Shown here: positions 1 to 16,410 of the stretch, piece by piece
How positions within the stretch are numbered: the first letter of the stretch is position 1
Layout of the letters: each line of letters starts with the position of its first letter
Assembly (NCBI RefSeq): GCF_009914755.1
Contig: NC_060937.1
Length of the DNA: 64,000 bases
Strand: one strand, 5' to 3'
DNA from: the human T2T-CHM13v2.0 reference genome, Homo sapiens
The notes under the pieces: model-generated
Seen by the model: only the letters and a program-made list of their open reading frames with translations
The model's database searches: none
Told to the model about the DNA's origin: nothing
Position numbers and translations under genes: made by a program

Positions 1-719
1 GGAAACAGTGTGAATAGATGCTTCCAAGGGAAGGAGATGCCAGAACATGAGCAGTGAGCAAGACAACCAGCGACACTCTAACTGCAGAGGCCAGAGAACC
101 TCTGTGGGCAGCACCGGTCCCCACTGCGAATCCACAGAGAACTTCTGGACTTTCCTTCACCCAGATGAGGTTTTAATCAGCTTCTGAAACAATTCCTTTG
201 CAGGGAAGGAAGGGTGGTAGGAGAAAAGGTAGAGAACAGAAAAATAAAATCTGTCTTTATAACATACTTTGGCTAAATAATTTTAAGGACATCTCCTTTT
301 AAATCAACAAAATCTTCATACTTCAGGCCAAGAAATTTATAAAATAATTTTCATATGTTCCTTAGGCATATTTTTCCTGTCTGGAAATTCAACTTAGGTA
401 CTTTTATATCTTCCTTGTTTCTTCTTAACGTAATGTGTAAGTCTATATGTAAGTACTATATACACATATAAGTTCTAAATGTATGCTCATAGAAATACAA
501 ATACTGTATGTAAGTATATATAATACTATGTATAACTGCTATACTTATTATAAGTACTACTTAAATATAGTTTCCTTACCCCATTTTTAACAGTCATTGA
601 TTAACCAATTGAAGATTATCCTATAGTTTATTTTTTTCATTACCTTCAATGTAATGATGCCATTCTAGTTTTATAAAACCAGGTGACAATATTACATTCT
701 CTAAAATTTCTTTAGACAA

Positions 720-2981
720 ATACTGAATGGGGACAAATACTGAATGGGGAAAAACTGAAAGCTTTTCCTCTAAGATCTGGAACACTACAAGGATGCCCAC
801 TGTCACCACTGTTATTCAACATAGTATTGGAAGTCCTAGCTAGAGCAATCAGACAAGAGGAGAAATAAAGGACATCTAAATTGGAAAGAAAGAAGTTAAA
901 TTATCCTTGTTTGCAGATGACATGATTTTATAATTGGAAAAACCTAAACACTCCACCAAAAAAACTACTAGAACTGATAAAACAAATTCAGTAAAGTTGC
1001 AGGATACAAAAATCAACATACAAAAATCAGTAGCATTTCTATATGCTAAGAGTGAACAATCTAAAAAAGAAATAAAAAAAGTAATTCCATTTAAAATAGC
1101 TACAAATAAAATAAAATAAAATACCTTGAAATTAACCAAAGAAATGAAATATCTCTACAATGAAAACTATAAAACATTGATGAAAACAACTGAAGAGGAC
1201 ACACAAAAATCGGAAAGACATTCTATGTTCATGAATTGGAAGAATCAATCTACAGATTTAATTTAATTCTGACCAAAATACCAATGACATACTTCACAGA
1301 AATAGAAAAAAGTCCCAAAATTTACATAGAATCACACAAGACCCAGAGTAGTCAAAGATGTCCTAAACAAAAAGAATAAAACTGGAGGAATCATATTACC
1401 TGTCTTCAAATTATACTAGAGAGTTATAGTATACTGGCATGGTACTGGCATAAAAACAGACACATAGACCAGTGGAATAGAATAGAGGACCCAGAAATAA
1501 GTCCATACATCTGTAATAAACTCACTTTTGATAAGGGTGCCAAGAACATACACTGGGGAAAGGGTGGTCTCTTCAAAATATTGTGGTGGGAAAATTGGAT
1601 ATTTATATGCAGAAGAAAGAAACTAGACCCCTATCTCTCACCCTACACACAAACCAAATCAAAATGGATTCAAGACTTAAATCTATGACCTAAACCTATG
1701 AAACTACTACAAGGAAACATTGGGGAAACTCTCCAGGACATTGGACTAGGCAAAGATTTCTTAAGTAGTATCCTACAAGCACAGGTGAGCAAATAAAAAA
1801 TGGACAAATGGGATCACATCAAGCTAAAAAGTTCTGCACAGCAAAGGAAACAATCAACAAAGTGAAGAGAAGACCTACAGAAGAAGATAAAATATTTGCA
1901 AAGTATCTATCTGACAAGGGTTTAGTAACCAGAATATATAAGGAGCTCCAACAATTTTATATGAAAAAAATCTAATAACCTAGTTTAAAAATGAGCAAAA
2001 GATCTGAATAGACATTTAAAAAGAAGACATACAAATGGTGAACAGGTGTATGAAAAGGTGCTCAGCATCACTGACCATTAGATAAATGCAAATCAAAACT
2101 ACAAGGAGATATCATCTCGCCCTAGTTAAAATGGCTTTTATCGAAAAGACAGGCAGTAACAAATGCTGGCAAGGATGTGGAGAAAAAAAGAACCCTGGTA
2201 CACTGTTGGTAAGAATGTAAATTAGCACAATAACTACAGAGAACAGTTTGGAGGTTCCTCAAAAAAATTAAAAATAGAGCTACCATGTGATCCAGCAATC
2301 CCACAGCTAGGTATTTACTCTAAAGAAAGAAAATCAGTATATCTAATAGATACTTGCACTCCCACGTTTATTGCAGCATTATTCACAATAGCCAAGATTT
2401 TGGTGCAACCTGAGTGTCCATCAACAGATGAATGAATAAAGAAAATGTGGTACATATACACAATGGAGTACTATTTAGCCATAAAAAAGAAAGAGATCCT
2501 GTCATTTGCAACAACATGGATGAAACTGAAGGTCATGGTGTTAAGTGAAGTAAGCCAGGCACAGAAGGACAAACATCACATGTTCACAATTATTTGTGGA
2601 AGCTAAAAATCTAAAAAAAAAAAAAAAATTGAGCCCATGGAAATAGTAAAACAATGGTTACCAGAGACTGGGAAGAGTAGTGAGAATGGGGGTTGGAGGA
2701 AAGGTGGAGGTGATTAATGGTTCCAAAAAAATAGAAAGAATCAAGAAGACGTTTTATTTGCTAGCACAACAGGGTGACTACAGCCAAAAGTAATTTAATT
2801 GTACATTTAAAAATACCTGAAAGAGTATAATTGGATTGTTTGTAACACAAAGGATAAGTGCTTGAGAAAATGGAGACCCCATTTACGTTGATGTGATTAT
2901 TACACATTGCATGCCTGTATCAAAATAGTTCATGTAACTCATAAATATATATACCTACTATGTACCCATATTTTTTAAAAA
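720..2981 (+). mobile_element. 5'-truncated LINE-1, L1MA2-like (ORF2 3' part + 3'UTR), decayed
   Basis: ORF2 RT motif TTGTTTGCAGATGACATG (LFADDM) near 907-924; ORF 934..1119 is ORF2-like; L1MA-type 3'UTR (TAGCACAACAGGGTGACTA...CTATGTACCCA) ends near 2970. Confidence 0.92.
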
Positions 2982-5000
2982 GATCTTTTAGATAATTCCT
3001 TAATAATGCACTTTTGAAAATCAGTAATTTGTGGGAAGTTATATTCTTCAAAGATTCATGCATTGAAACTTGGCTACAAGTACATTTTAAGAAGAAAAGA
3101 CTTATTAATGTCTTTAACTTATATTATCCCGTTTTGGCTATGTGTAGTACATAGTTTGTGCTATTTCTCTTTTCCCTTTACCACCAGCCTAAGGGTGATA
3201 TTAACATGAAAGTTTTATAATTTTCTGTTTCCCTTTTCTGTACTATCTTCTGGCATGCTTTAGCTCATATGATTACATTTTTAAACATTACAAATCTGTA
3301 GAGCTTGTAGCACTGGTGTTACTTCTTTCTTAAAGAACTGAGATTTGCAAAAGTTTCATTGCAAAGAAATGGACTTGGACGGCTATGGAAAATGTCCAGC
3401 AATGCAGTCTAGAGCTTTTTGATTAAATCACAAGCAAAATAAGTGAGGCAGATCATATAAAGGAGGAGGATCACACATATCTAAATTATTTTATTTAGTT
3501 TATCATGACAAAGTTTCTGATAAAACTCTAGAGCAGATTTAATAACATATTAATAAGTGATGACAAATGGTTCATTAAATCATCTTCTCACACTGCTTAC
3601 AGGCATAATGGTCATGACTGTATTTGTGCACTTTAGTCCCATAAGAGTGAGTGGAAGAAATGGGGGAGGCTATGAAAGTCTCTGAGATTCAGGTCTGTGG
3701 ATTAAAAATTATCACAAGCCATATTTTCTGATGGTTTTGATTCTAATAGAGTAATTGCAACAGAGGAAAATAACCTAGAGGTACCCTATGCAAACTTTTT
3801 CATTGAAACAAAAATGTCTAAGAATAGGCAGAAGATGAAGCTGTCGACTGAACAACTAAAGATATGTTTGTCTCATTTTTTAATTTTAAAAATTTATATA
3901 AAATTTGCCTTCCTAATATAATCATATGAGTTTTAATATAAATATAACACTAAAATTAGTTATTGATACAATTATATAACTATTCCCCTAAAAATTTTGC
4001 AGTAAAATTTGTTTGTCAGGAAGATATACCATATATATTTTCTACTGTTTACATATCTTGTGGCACATCAAAAGGGATGTCAACCACAATGCTAAGGCAC
4101 CAAACAACACTGTTGCTTACGTTGTTTTTAGGAGGACTTGACCTTAGTTATAAATTTAGGGCTACACTGACACAGCAAAATAAACTGAAGGCACTGCAAT
4201 TGTCTATTTCATTCAGGAAAATAACTGAACAACAGACGAATGAGGCAGTCTTAAGTTTCATTTCCATAAATTATAATTGTATTTCTAAATTATGTTATGT
4301 AGGGTTTCTTCACATCTTGTTACATGAATTCTACAGGGACAAGAATTGTTAGTTATTTGGTGTTTTAACATTTTAACATGCGGCACAGCTCCTGGCATAT
4401 AAAAGGAGACCAGTAAATAAATGTTAAATAAATGAACGGATAAGTGAATTACCTATGTAGGATGTACTCTAATTGTAGTGATTTCTTATGTTAGTTTTAA
4501 TTAGCTACAAAAATATAGACTACTTTTGAATAGTATCAAAAGTAAAAATGAGGTTTGAGATTTCAGATATATTTTAGAGATTCACAAAAATATGCTAATA
4601 TAGTTTCATAGCATATAGCTATTGAACACTAAGAGAAAAAATGGTATTTAGATGAGGGAGAATGTTCAATTAAAATGCTAAATTAATTTTACTTTTAGAT
4701 AAGAAAATGTTGAAATATAGGCTTTCAGAATAAATAGGACTGTGGTTTCCTAGTAGTTAAATTCATGCCCAAATATATGCTTCCTGTTTTTTTCATGAAT
4801 AGTACTAAATGCAGGCATTACTCCAGAGATTGTCTTCTATGACCTTATTCTTAATTACTCTTCATATTTTTCTTCTATTCTTCATTGTGCATTATCCTCA
4901 AGAGTTGGTGCAGTTCTTAAGTAGTTGTAAATCTTTAATAACTGGACTCTAAAGGTTTTAATTATCTCCTTACTGTGCTTGCCTAAAATAGGTAACTCCT

Positions 5001-5348
<348 letters not shown>

Positions 5349-6029
5349 TTAAGGCAGAGGAAGTAAAGTTTGAAGTAAATATCTTTTGTTAAGTTAATTT
5401 TACTTTAACAATCTCCAGCTATTATCTAATTATAGAAGGTTGCTTGAAAGAGAAACTTACTAATATCTGACATAATAAGGTACGTTCTTCATGTTCAGTG
5501 TTCTAGTGAAAAGAATCTTCCAAGTAAATGTATCCACAGTGTTTTGAGTTCACCAGTGTTTTGGATTCACTGAACTAGCACATTTTTACTACAAAAGAGA
5601 GTTTCCTTCAAAGAAAATTAACTATCCCACCAAAGCTTCATTTGAATACAAATTTTAAAGTTGATGCAAATGGAGCGCCAATACACTTGGGGTTTTTGTG
5701 GGGCTTTGAAAACATATGGTTCATCTTGATGTTAAAAATAATACACTTCTATCTATGTTAAATCTTGATAGGGCATGAATTAATGAAATAGAAGAAAATG
5801 ATAATATATTAAGCCTACATTGATCCTATAGAAAATATTAATCCATGTTTAAAAGTACATCAAGATACTTCCAAAAAACTGGAGTAAACATATTTTTCCT
5901 ATCCCTTCCATTAAGTAAAACTAAAAACCTTGGACATTATATATAAAACAAAAATGAAGAGACCAGCTAGGGCTCTTGGGATCCAAGCAGTGACAAAGTG
6001 GTGAATTCCTGGGTTTTTTTTTCTGCCTC

Positions 6030-7507
<1,478 letters not shown>

Positions 7508-8016
7508 GACTTGCCTAGATAGCTGGTAAAACATTATTTCTGAGTATATCTCTGAGAGTGTTTCAGGAAAAAAATATATCATTTGAAAGAGTAGACTGAG
7601 TAAAGAAGATGCATCATTAGCAGTGTGGGTAGGCACCATCTGATTCATTGAGGGCCCTGATAGAACAAAAAGGAGAAGGAAGGAAAACTTCTCTTACTCT
7701 CTTGAGCTGGGGGATATCCCTCTTCTCTTGCCCTTAGATATCATAGCTTCTGGTTCTCTGGCCTTCATATTCTGGGACTTATGTCATCATTACCCTTGGT
7801 TCTCAGGTTTTCTCACTTTGAACTGAATTGCCCCACCAGCTTTCCTGGTTCTCCGATTTGCAGATGGCATATTGTAGGATGTCTCAGCCTCCACAATTGC
7901 CTGAGCCAATTTCTATAATAGATCTTTCCTTATCTCTATATTTTTCCAGACAGATGATAATCTGTCTGTCTATTTATCACATTGGTTCTGCTTCTCTGGA
8001 GATCCTGAATAATACA

Positions 8017-8223
8017 ATGAAAGATCTTTGTGATGATGAAAATGTTCTGTACTTGAACTGTATCAGTGTTAATACCCTGGTTATGATATTGTAATATAGT
8101 TTTGCAATTTCTTACTTTTGGAAAAAAACAGGGTAACGGTTTCAGGGGATCTTTCTGGGTAATTTCTTACAATTATAGGTGAATCTAGACTTATACTAAA
8201 ATTTAAAAATGTAATTTAAAAAA
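8017..8223 (+). mobile_element. Old L1 3'UTR (L1MD-like), right part
   Basis: GATCTTTGTGATGATGAAAATGTTCTGTACTTG...TATAGTTTTGCAA continues the 6030-6167 piece; A-rich end. Confidence 0.75.
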
Positions 8224-8229
8224 CTGTCA

Positions 8230-10701
8230 GACACAGTATAAGACAGATCATCAAGGCAGAAAACTAACAAAGATAGGCAGGAACCGAACTTGACATTTGA
8301 ACAAGTGGACCTAACAGACATATACAGAACTCTCCCCCAAAACCAATAGAATATACATTCTTCTCATCTGCACATGGTATATACTCTAAGAGCAACCGCA
8401 TAATTTGTCATAAAACAATTTTCAGCAAATTCAAAAACACTGAAATCACACCAACCATACACTCAGACCACAGCACTATAAAAGTAGAAATCAATAGTAA
8501 GGAGATTGCTCAGAATCACACATTTACATGGAAATTAAACAAGACCTCTGGGTAGACAATAAAATTAAGGCAGAAATCTGAAAATTCTTTGAAATGAATG
8601 AGAGCAAATATAAATCTGGGACACAGCTAAAGCAGTGTTAAAAAGAAACTATGGTGCTAAGTGTCCACATCAAAAATTTAGAAAGATTTCAAACTAACAA
8701 CCTAATATTAAACCTAGAGGAACTAGAAAAACAAGAACAAACCAACCTCAAAGCTAGCAGAAGACAAAAAATAACCAAAATCACAGCTGAACAGAATAAA
8801 ATTGAGATGTGAAAAAGCATACAAAAGATCAATGAAACCAGAACTTTGTTCTTTGAAAGAATAAATAAGATTGATAGACTGCTACCTAGAGAAATAAACA
8901 AAGAGATATCAAAATAAGCACAATAAGAAATGACAAAGAGGATATTACCACTGATCCTACAGAAATACAAAACACCCTCAGAGACTATTATGAACACCTC
9001 TACGCACACAAACTAGAAAACCTACAAGAAATGGATAAATTTATGATAACGTACAACCTCCTAAGATTAAACCCAGAAGAAATTGAAATCTTGAACAGCA
9101 CAATAATGTGTTCTTGAAATTGAATCAGTAATAAAAAGCCTTCAAACCAGTAAAAGCCCAGGACCAGAAGAATTCATGGCCAAATTCTACCAGACGTATA
9201 AAGAGAGCTGGTACCATTCCTACTGAAACTATTCCAAAACATTGAAGAGGAGGGACTCATCCCTAGTTCATTCTATGAGGCCAGCGTTATTATAATACCA
9301 AAACCTGGCAGAGACACACAACAAATGTAAACTTCAGGCCAATATTCTTGATGAACATAGATGCAAAAATCCTCAACAAAATACTAACAAACCAAATCCA
9401 GCAGCATATCAAAAAGCTAATCTACCATGATCAAGCAGAGTTTATCTCTGGGATGCAAGTTTGATTCAACATATGCAAACAATAAATCAATAAATGTGAC
9501 TCATCACATAAACAGAACTAAAAACAAAAGCCACCTAATTGTCTCAATAGATGCAGAAAAGGCTTTTGATAATGTTCAGTATCCTCTCATGTTAAAAACC
9601 GTCAACAAACTAGCCATTGAATGAACAACTCTCAAAATAATAAGAACCGTTTATGAAAAACCCAAAGATAACATCATGCTGAACAGGCAAAAGCTGCAGG
9701 CATTTCCTTTGTGAACTGGAACAGGACAAGAATGCCCTCTCTCACCACTCCTATTCAACATAGTCCTAGCCAGACCAATCAGGGAAGAGAAAGAAATAAA
9801 AAGCATCCAAATGGGAAGAGAGGAAGTCAAACTATCTCTGTTTGCAGATGATATGATTTTATACCTAGAAAATCCCATAGTCTCTGCCCAAAAGCTGCTC
9901 GATCTGATGAACAACTTCAGCAAAGTTTGAGGATACAAAAGAAATGTACACAAATCAGTAGTATTTCTATACACCAACAACATCCAAGCTAGATGCCAAA
10001 TCAAGAATGCAATCCCATTCACAACAGCCACAACAACAATAAAAAATACCTAGGAATATATTAACCAAGGAGATGAAAGCCCTCTACAATGAGAATAACA
10101 CAACACTGCTGAAAGAAATCAGAGATGACATAAACAAGCAGAAAAATATTTCATGCTCATGAATAGAAAGAACCAATATTGTTAAAATGGCCATACTGCC
10201 CAAAGCAATTTACAGATTCAATGCTATTCCTTTCAAACTACCAATGACATTCTTTATAGAATTAGAAAAAAAAAACTATTCTAAAATTCATATAGAACCA
10301 AAAAAGACCCTGAATAGCCAAAGAAATCCTAAGCAAGAAGAAAAAACCTGGAGACATTACATTACCAGAGTTGAAACTATACTACAAGGCTATAGTAACC
10401 AAAATAGCATGGTACTGGTACAAAAACAGACACATGGATGAATGGAACAGAATAGAAAGCCCAGAAATAAAGCTGCACACCTGCAACCATCTGATATCTG
10501 ACAAAGTTGACAAAAACAAGCAATGGAAAAAGGACTTTCTATTTAATAAACAGTGCTAGGATAACTGGCTAGCCATATGCAGAAGATTGAAATTGAACCC
10601 CTTCCTTATACCATATACAAAAATCAACCCAAGATGGATTAAGACTTAAATGCAAAACCTAAAACTGTGAAAACCCTTGAAGGAAACCTAGGAAATACCC
10701 T
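8230..10701 (+). mobile_element. Internal L1 ORF2 fragment (old L1PA/L1PB-like) with no 3'UTR
   Basis: ORF2 motifs: SDH (TCAGACCAC) near 8463, KSPGPEEF near 9153, LFADDM near 9838, [15 protein letters not shown] (ORF 10187). Confidence 0.9.
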
Positions 10702-11534
10702 TTAATTTTCTTTAAGATTTATAGTATATAATTTGGCCAAACTCTTAAAGGCCTTCAAATCTCAAGTCTCAGTTCCCTACTATCTTAACCAATTTCCTTC
10801 TGGAAATAGATTGAAGTCATCTATAAAGAGTTCACACAGAATCAGTCCATTAAAATAAAGATAAAAACCACAAGTTGTATAATAAAGGCAGAGGAAAATG
10901 GGAAAGAAAGTATTACTTTTTAAAAAATCAAAGTCTTTTGGGGGAGGGGGTTGGTAAAATTGAAAAAATAATCTCAGCTTTCTTGTATATTTAGCAAAAA
11001 GGACACTGTGATGGATTATATTAACTTCTACAGTGAAATAAAAGTGAATACTACTAGTAGATCATTAGGACAGAGAAACTTTATGCTAGGACTAAATTCT
11101 GAGAACAATTTACTGTGTGGCTCTTAACTAGTGATCTTTAACAATAAAATTAATTTTTACAATTATGTGTTTATAGAAACTGCACATTGTAAACCATGTG
11201 GCTGGTTAAAAAAATAATAATCAAAACCAGAACAAAAACAAAATACTGATATACATATATATGTATATCCAAACACCATGTTATGTACCTTAAATATATA
11301 TAATAAAAATAAATTTAAAAACAAATAAAAATTCCCCAAAACTAAAGAGGCTTAAGTAAATAATAAGCCCATTACATCGAGTTCTGGTCCAGGAGATTTT
11401 TGACATTGTAGGTAAAGAGTATTTAGACCACATCACAGACTCAGGGTATCAGGCTGTCTGGTCGTAAACTTGAACTCACATCTAAACATTCCATGCCAGC
11501 CTCTGCAGTCAGGCAGACGTCCTGATCTACCTCT

Positions 11535-11778
11535 CTGCCTAGAGGTGTAGGTCCAGAGTGGATCTAACTGAGTTCCTTGCTCTGCCACTTGCTGGCTATG
11601 TGATCTTGAAAAACTTGCTTAATTTTTTCTGAGTCTTTGTTGCCTCATCTGTATGGACATGGAAATAATTGCATTATATACCTCAGAAATTGGTGAGGAT
11701 TGATGTAATTTATACCTATACAGTTCACAAAACAGTGCCAAGTACATCATGAACATTCAGCAAGTGTTTTCCATTATC
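11535..11778 (+). mobile_element. MIR SINE
   Basis: CTCTGCCACTTGCTGGCTATGTGATCTTG...CCTCATCTGTA core and ACAGTGCC tail. Confidence 0.75.
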
Positions 11779-11849
11779 ATCTCGTCTGTATTAGCGCTGT
11801 GTGGAAGAATCTTTATTAACCTTTATATGATTAAACAAATACCCTAGAG

Positions 11850-12215
11850 AAAGAGCCTGCTCACCAAAACATATGTTCTCCTTTTCTGTCTAAGCGTCAG
11901 CTGAACCCTGTTTCCCAGTTCTGTCTGAGACTCTGTTGGCCAATAAAATGTGAGAGGGAGTGGCATGTGCCATTTCAGGCCTGACTCATTAAAATCCTCC
12001 CACATGTGCTCTTCCGTGTTCCTGGCCCTCTGGAATGCTGATGGCAGAGAACATGGAAGCCACATGTGAAAGATGGCAGAAACTCTGTCAACCTGGCCAC
12101 CACACCCAACTGTTTGGCTACCTGATTAGTTGTGTCAGGTTGCAAGAAACCAGCTACTGTTGGATAAGTTCCACAATGCATGCCTTGGGTCTGCTATAAG
12201 CAGTTTATACAACAC
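11850..12215 (+). mobile_element. Old MaLR LTR (MLT1J-like)
   Basis: GGCCAATAAAATGTGAG...TGTGCCATTTCAGGCCTG...GGAAGCCACATGTGAAAGATGGCAGA, typical of MLT1I/J. Confidence 0.65.
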
Positions 12216-13126
12216 TGATGTTGTGGTGAAGAGCTTTAAAAATCGTGCAAGTGAAAAACATCTCAATCCAAGTAAATGCCTCTGTCTTGGGGTATTTGTC
12301 CATTTGTCCTCTATTTTGGGCCTTACATATAAATCCTATTTGTTTGCTCTGTTCATGACATCTCTATATGCATGGCAAGGCTCTCCTACTTAGTGATCTG
12401 ATCGGATTCCAGCTGTATCTTAGTTTTAATTCTATTAAATATGATCACCTATCATTTTTGGTTTAATCCCAGGACTCTTCAAAGCAAAATGGCATTTGCT
12501 GCCTAGCCTCAGTTTTATGTAAGAGCATCTCAAACACCAAACACTACCTCCAAAATTTGTTTAGCATTTTTCAAATGATTTGATGACAACAGAGGCATGC
12601 ATATGTTTGTGACTTTCCTAAGTCATATAGCACAAGGCTGGCTGAACTCAATAAAATGTAAGTTCATAGATTAATTGAGCAAAGTCTACCCTACTCACAC
12701 CTGCCAGAGCTGAAGTAAGGCATTCTCCTGGGTAACAGAGGAAGATCATAGGTTGGAAAAGGCAAGTATTCCTGAGGGATCACTACTCTTTCTTCTTGGA
12801 AGGAAACTTATCTGCTTATCCATGTCCCTTGATTTTCTGCTTTGTTCATTCAACAGGCCTGGCTTTATTTGAGGTGATAGGAGAATCAAGATGTATCATT
12901 GCACACAACATTCTCAGGAGAGTCACCAATGCACCTGCCCTTTTTGTGTTTTTACTGAGGAAGCTCTGCATAAGCCACTTTATGGAGCATTCCTGTTTGG
13001 GACTGGAATTTTGGAATAAGAAAAAATATATAAGACAAGACCTCAGAAGCACATGGAGTGGGCAAAATTCAGTTCCAATGTAGGAAAAAAACAAAAACAA
13101 CCTTTGGTCAGGGTCAGAAGTGGATC

Positions 13127-13411
<285 letters not shown>

Positions 13412-15499
13412 GCCCTAGGACTGTTTCTACTAACGACTCAGTCCAACCTGGAATGGGGTGAATTCTGCACCCTCACTGGGGACTCTGGGATTGCTGGAGT
13501 GGTCTCAACATGATAATATCTTGGTCAATAGAAGCTTGTTCCATTGCCAGTGCTTTATGCAAGATGAACCAGCACTAGCAGCCAAAGAAAGTAAAGATTG
13601 AGCAACAGCCCCTTTCCTTTTCTGTCCCAACTTCCCTTCAGAGCAGCTGCATCCAAGTCCCAGCAGATGTTAGTGTATGTGGGATGACCTTGCAGATGGC
13701 TGCATCAGGGCAAATTTCTGAGTTCATGAGTTTCTCTCTCTGTCCCTTCCCTCTCCATCCCTGGTAGCTGACGGTGCTGGAGAGAAAGAGAAGTTTTCAG
13801 TGGTAAGGGCAAAACAAGAAACAAGTCATGAGTTTGCTATTTTTGGATGAGTTATTGCTGCATCACACATTGTTCTTAGTAGTCTCAGTATGACACAGCA
13901 ATTTTTCATCACTTAAATGCAGTTTTAGAATTTTTAATAACACTTTAAATTGCTAATCATAAGACTGAAACTTGATGTCTTCTAATCCGGCAAAATACAT
14001 TAGTCACTTACCAGCTCTGTAGTAGCTTTTTAAAAAATTCAGGATCTTGGTCATGAGGGCTTAGGATCCAAATCAATTGCTATATAAATCCTTTTGGAAA
14101 TGTATTCAGTGCTATAACTACACGTGCACTACCATATTCTAGTATTGTCTTTTTAGTTCCAAAATTTAGTTGTTATAGAAATCAAAGATAGTTGTTCCCA
14201 GAGTGTCCAAACCATCTAGGCCAACTGTAATTGAAGAAAGACAATATTGTTTGCAGTCTCAGTATGAATGTGGATTCCTTCTCAAATAATCATTTGCGCT
14301 TACCTCTTGGGCTTTGTCTGAAGAAAATAAAAGCAATATCACAAAGTATGCTGTACAAACATGTGCATCTCAACATTGTTTAAAATAGGACTCATTGGAA
14401 AAAATCTAAGTACCCTACAATGTAATACTGGTTAAAAGAATTAGATTCATAAAATGGGATGCACGGGACCAATTTGAAACAATATTTACTGATATGAAAT
14501 CATACTTTAAAAGCACCTTAAAGGAAGAGAATAATAGCAAACCAAAACTATATAATTAATTTGTCAAAATAACATATACATACATAGAAAGTTTATTAAC
14601 ATATAATTATATATTCATTAAAAGTCATCTATATTATCATAGAAAAATACTATCTCTACCTTAACAATAATGATTACTTCATGGTAGAATTACAGACTTT
14701 TTTTTCTTACATGTGGCATGTGTGTGTGTTTATGGATATGTATTGCTTGTGTCATAATAATAGAGTTATATTAAAATATTATAGATTTTAGGGTAAAAGG
14801 GCAGAATAAAGCCAGAGTACAGAAGTCCTCTCACCCAGTAGGTAATACAGTGAATCAAATATTATATAAATAAGTGAAAGTGTTACAAAGTTCACCCAAC
14901 AACAAAACAAGAAAAGAGGAGGAACCACATGTCACCAAGTTCAAAATGTGGTGATCGAGGCAAACTGTCTGGCATGGAGCTGAATATGGAGACTCCTATC
15001 TTTACTCCCATATTACAGTAGCAGAATTGGAGAGATAAAATGCTCAGTGTTCTTATTTAAAATTGTACCTACCACCACCAGGTTAGAAAGGAGCATGCAA
15101 GCTGAAGCTGAGAGGATAAGAGAGTTCTTCCAGGATGAGTCAAGGAAAAATCCAGTAGAGAAAAGGCCACACCAACAGAGGCAATAGAAATGGACCAGAG
15201 AAAATCCTCTGGAGAGGACTGACATTTTCCAGGACTTCCTGATGAATTTCAGAAAAAATTCAAAGTCCCAGTAGATTCTCTTTTAGGACTAAAATTCTTT
15301 CCCAAATAAGTGAAGTGACCTCCTCTGAGGGACGCACATAGACTCTAATGAGCTCTTCCCCACTTCCATTTTCCTCCTACAGACACTTAACCACTGCCAT
15401 CAGGTTACAGAAAAGTGGATGAAACAGCTAATTTGAGCCTTCAAGGGGGCCAAGTGGCTGAAAGAAATAGATTTGGATGAGTTACTCATCTCAACCAGA

Positions 15500-16410
15500 A
15501 AGAAAATGCAAAGAATTGGCGTGGAAATTGTGACAATATACCACATTTAAAAAATAAAAATCCCTTAAGACTAGTTCTGGAAGGAAACATACCACAAGGA
15601 ACAAATGAAATTTCCTTTCAAATTCAGCCCACAATAAAAGAGTTTAGTTATTATTATAAGTTGACTAATACAAGAAATCATTGGTGAATTAAGAATGCAA
15701 ATAACATTATTACAGAAACAGTATCTTAAAAATAACACCCAGGGACAGAATAAATGGTTGAATATCAAATTACTTTTCCAGAGAGACTTGAGATAATTAG
15801 AGGAATTGCTAAGAAAAAGTCAATAAAAATTATGGAGATAATAATAAAATTTGATTTCAAAGATAGTCCAAAATAAATCAATAAAAATGTAATTGGACAT
15901 TTAAAAATAATTAAAAGGGTATAACTGGATAGTTTGTAAAACGAAGGATAAATGCTTGAGGCAATGGATACCCCATTCACCCTGAGGTGATTTTACACAT
16001 TATATGACTATATCAAGGTATCTCATGTAGCTCATAAATACATACACCTATGTCTCCACAAAAATTAAAAATTAAACAAAAATGAAAACCAGTGTCCATG
16101 AAACAGGAAATTCAGTAAGTAAAACAGAAAAAGTATTGAAAGGAATAATGGAATAACACTTTTTTCTGAAACATATATTGACATCTAGAGTTTTTAATGA
16201 AGGGTAGTGTGTTTAAGGAAACACATTATCATCATCATCATCAAGCAACCAACACTGAAAAATAGCACGTTTAACTTGTTGAACTTCAAGAATAGAGGAG
16301 TAAATTTTCAGGTAACAGAAAAGAAAGCCACGTCTAAGGTGTAAAAACAAAATATGTTGGGGTTTGGTTTCTTAATGCTAACATTAAATGCCAGAAAACA
16401 ATGGAAAATT
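15500..16410 (+). mobile_element. Ancient HAL1/L1 ORF1-like region, left part; host of the L1MA tail and the ERV fragment
   Basis: A-rich decayed ORF1-like sequence ending AATGCCAGAAAACAATGG; continues after 18713. Confidence 0.5.
15880..16082 (+). mobile_element. L1MA2/3-like 3' end fragment
   Basis: AAGGATAAATGCTTGAG...GGATACCCCATT...CATAAATACATACACCTA, visibly similar to 2800-2970. Confidence 0.85.

Noticed and set aside
3963-4352. 129-aa ORF in unique AT-rich DNA
   Set aside because: It starts at TTG rather than ATG, has no recognisable domain and no convincing exon boundaries; compatible with chance.
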